From contig JBDRLL010000041.1 of the NCBI GenBank assembly GCA_043813075.1, forward strand, positions 15,409-79,408: DNA of 64,000 bases, read 5' to 3'. This document shows positions 62,867 through 64,000 of this stretch, one piece after another. The notes under the pieces were generated by a model. It was not told where the DNA came from and made no database searches. It saw nothing but the letters and a program-made list of their open reading frames with translations. Numbering within the stretch: the first letter of the stretch is position 1; the number at the start of each line of letters is the position of its first letter. Position numbers and translations under genes: made by a program. This stretch comes from Candidatus Altiarchaeota archaeon. Lineage in GTDB: Archaea; Altiarchaeota; Altiarchaeia; IMC4; SCGC-AAA252-I15.

Positions 62867-63904
62867 ATGAGGGAGGCGCTGCTCTACGATAAGGTTGGCG
62901 GAGGGGTTGTGAAATGCGGTTTATGCGCTCAGAGGTGTAGGGTATCGGATGGAAATAGGGGCGTCTGCGGCGTCCGCGAAAACCAGGGCGGAACCCTGTA
63001 TTCCCTCGTCTACGGGCGTCCAGTGGCCTTGCACGTGGATCCGATAGAGAAGAAGCCTTTATTCCACTTCCATCCCGGCAGCCTAAGCTATTCCATGGCT
63101 ACAGTAGGCTGTAACCTACGTTGCCAGCACTGCCAGAACGCGGACATCAGCCAGACGCCTAAGGACGGCGGGCTTGTGCCTGGAGAGGACGTCCCCCCGG
63201 AACGGGTTGTTGAGGAGGCTCTGGCATCCGGCTGCGCCAGCATATCATACACTTACACCGAGCCGACCGTGTTCATGGAGTACGCGCTCGACACCTCTAG
63301 AACCGCGGTTGATAAAGGATTGAAGAACGTCTTCGTGTCGAACGGCTTCATGACCCCAGAGTCCGTTGATTTGATAGCGCCATACCTGCATGCGGACAAC
63401 GTGGACTTGAAGTCCTTCAGCGACAAGTTCTACCGTGAAGTCTGCGGAGGCCGGCTAGAGCCGGTGCTTGACACCCTGAAACTGCTGGTGAAGAAGGGCG
63501 TGTGGGTGGAGGTCACGACACTGATAATACCGTCATTGAATGACAATGTGGATGAGCTGGGGCAGATAGCTGAGTTCATTAAAAGCGAGTTGGGGGCGCA
63601 CGTGCCGTGGCATGTGAGCAGGTTCCACCCCGACTACAAGCTGAACAAACTGCCGGCCACAAGCTCCGAGATTCTGAGGAAGGCGTTGGAGATGGGTGAG
63701 GACGCGGGCCTGAAGTATGTGTACGCCGGCAACATACCCCACGACGACAGCGAGAACACGTACTGTTATAAGTGCGGAAGCCTATTGATTGAGAGGGTAG
63801 GATTCAACGTGTTGGAGAACAATATCGTGGATTCGAAGTGCAGTGAATGCGGTGCGGAAGTTCATGGAGTAGGACTGGATTATCATGGAGAAACTGTTGA
63901 GTGA
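62867..63904 (+). CDS. amrS: AmmeMemoRadiSam system radical SAM enzyme
   Basis: 345 aa. N-terminal C-x2-C...CGVRENQGG, the radical SAM cluster GCNLRCQHCQN, and a C-terminal CYKCG...CSECG are typical of AmrS (PflA-like). Confidence 0.85.
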   Translation: MREALLYDKVGGGVVKCGLCAQRCRVSDGNRGVCGVRENQGGTLYSLVYGRPVALHVDPIEKKPLFHFHPGSLSYSMATVGCNLRCQHCQNADISQTPKDGGLVPGEDVPPERVVEEALASGCASISYTYTEPTVFMEYALDTSRTAVDKGLKNVFVSNGFMTPESVDLIAPYLHADNVDLKSFSDKFYREVCGGRLEPVLDTLKLLVKKGVWVEVTTLIIPSLNDNVDELGQIAEFIKSELGAHVPWHVSRFHPDYKLNKLPATSSEILRKALEMGEDAGLKYVYAGNIPHDDSENTYCYKCGSLLIERVGFNVLENNIVDSKCSECGAEVHGVGLDYHGETVE

Positions 63905-64000
63905 AGTCTTGGAGCGGGTAACTCCCACTGGGGAGGAGAAGCTGGGTGACGGGAGGATGGTGGAGTTGACTCTCGAGAAGCTAAGGTCCTACGGCGTCGA
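63885..64000 (+). CDS. 5' fragment of a CDS, possibly the CCA-adding tRNA nucleotidyltransferase
   Basis: Own translation from ATG 63885: MEKLLSEVLERVTPTGEEKLGDGRMVELTLEKLRSYGV... It resembles archaeal Cca N-termini (EVL..I.P..EE). Only 38 aa are visible and it overlaps the amrS end by 20 nt. Confidence 0.35.
   Translation, partial: MEKLLSEVLERVTPTGEEKLGDGRMVELTLEKLRSYGV

Noticed and set aside
1-64000. Scan for CRISPR repeats, tRNA T-arm/acceptor patterns, rRNA, transposase/integrase or toxin-antitoxin pairs
   Set aside because: I saw no regularly spaced direct repeats, no GGTTCGAATCC-type T-arms in intergenic DNA, no recombinase-like ORFs and no terminal inverted repeats. The only small RHH-like ORF (37693..37842) has no adjacent toxin partner.

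Overview
This is an archaeal chromosomal window of about 50% GC. AGG/AGA (Arg) and ATA (Ile) codons dominate. Coding is almost gap-free: about 65 genes, roughly three quarters on the minus strand.

Archaeal core content:
- a complete A1AO ATP synthase operon (atpH-I-K-E-C-F-A-B-D, 40.6-49.3 kb)
- topoisomerase VI B+A, Nop5, FtsZ, archaeal-type ProRS, ApgM and SecF/SecD
- an archaeal SRP RNA (about 33.12-33.41 kb, hidden under a spurious ORF) lying tail-to-tail with a Sec61-beta gene that is missing from the ORF track

Metabolism:
- a dispersed glycogen toolkit: alpha-glucan phosphorylase, archaeal debranching enzyme, GH57, and a GT4/5 synthase candidate
- MetV/MetF coupled to CoaB
- archaeal PPAT, IlvC, ComB and a SemiSWEET

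Accessory and surface content:
- a pilin-signal adhesin at the left edge
- a triple-repeat lipoprotein
- an overlapping two-gene module for 894-aa and 1088-aa modular secreted proteins (12.5-18.5 kb)
- two or three tandem CarboxypepD_reg-like anchored surface proteins (25.8-30.2 kb)
- several Cys-rich secreted proteins and two GT-C membrane glycosyltransferases

I recognised no rRNA, tRNA, CRISPR array, transposase or integrase.

Most notable observations:
1. A Pat-type (ACS-like + GNAT) acetyltransferase is translationally coupled to an HDAC-family deacetylase.
2. Glycogen phosphorylase is packed with a CX5R dual-specificity phosphatase and a GNAT-like protein.
3. The giant secreted-protein pair includes a C39-like peptidase followed by an unusual acidic-hydrophobic helical segment.
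4. Two genes are broken by apparent missing bases in G/C homopolymers: a surface protein at about 26783 and Sec61-beta at about 33542-33547.
5. The ATPase c subunit is duplicated and keeps only one carboxylate site.

The lineage cannot be fixed by eye. The dense packing and the many Thr-linker and Cys-rich surface proteins fit a DPANN- or Thermoplasmatota-like archaeon, but that is inference only.
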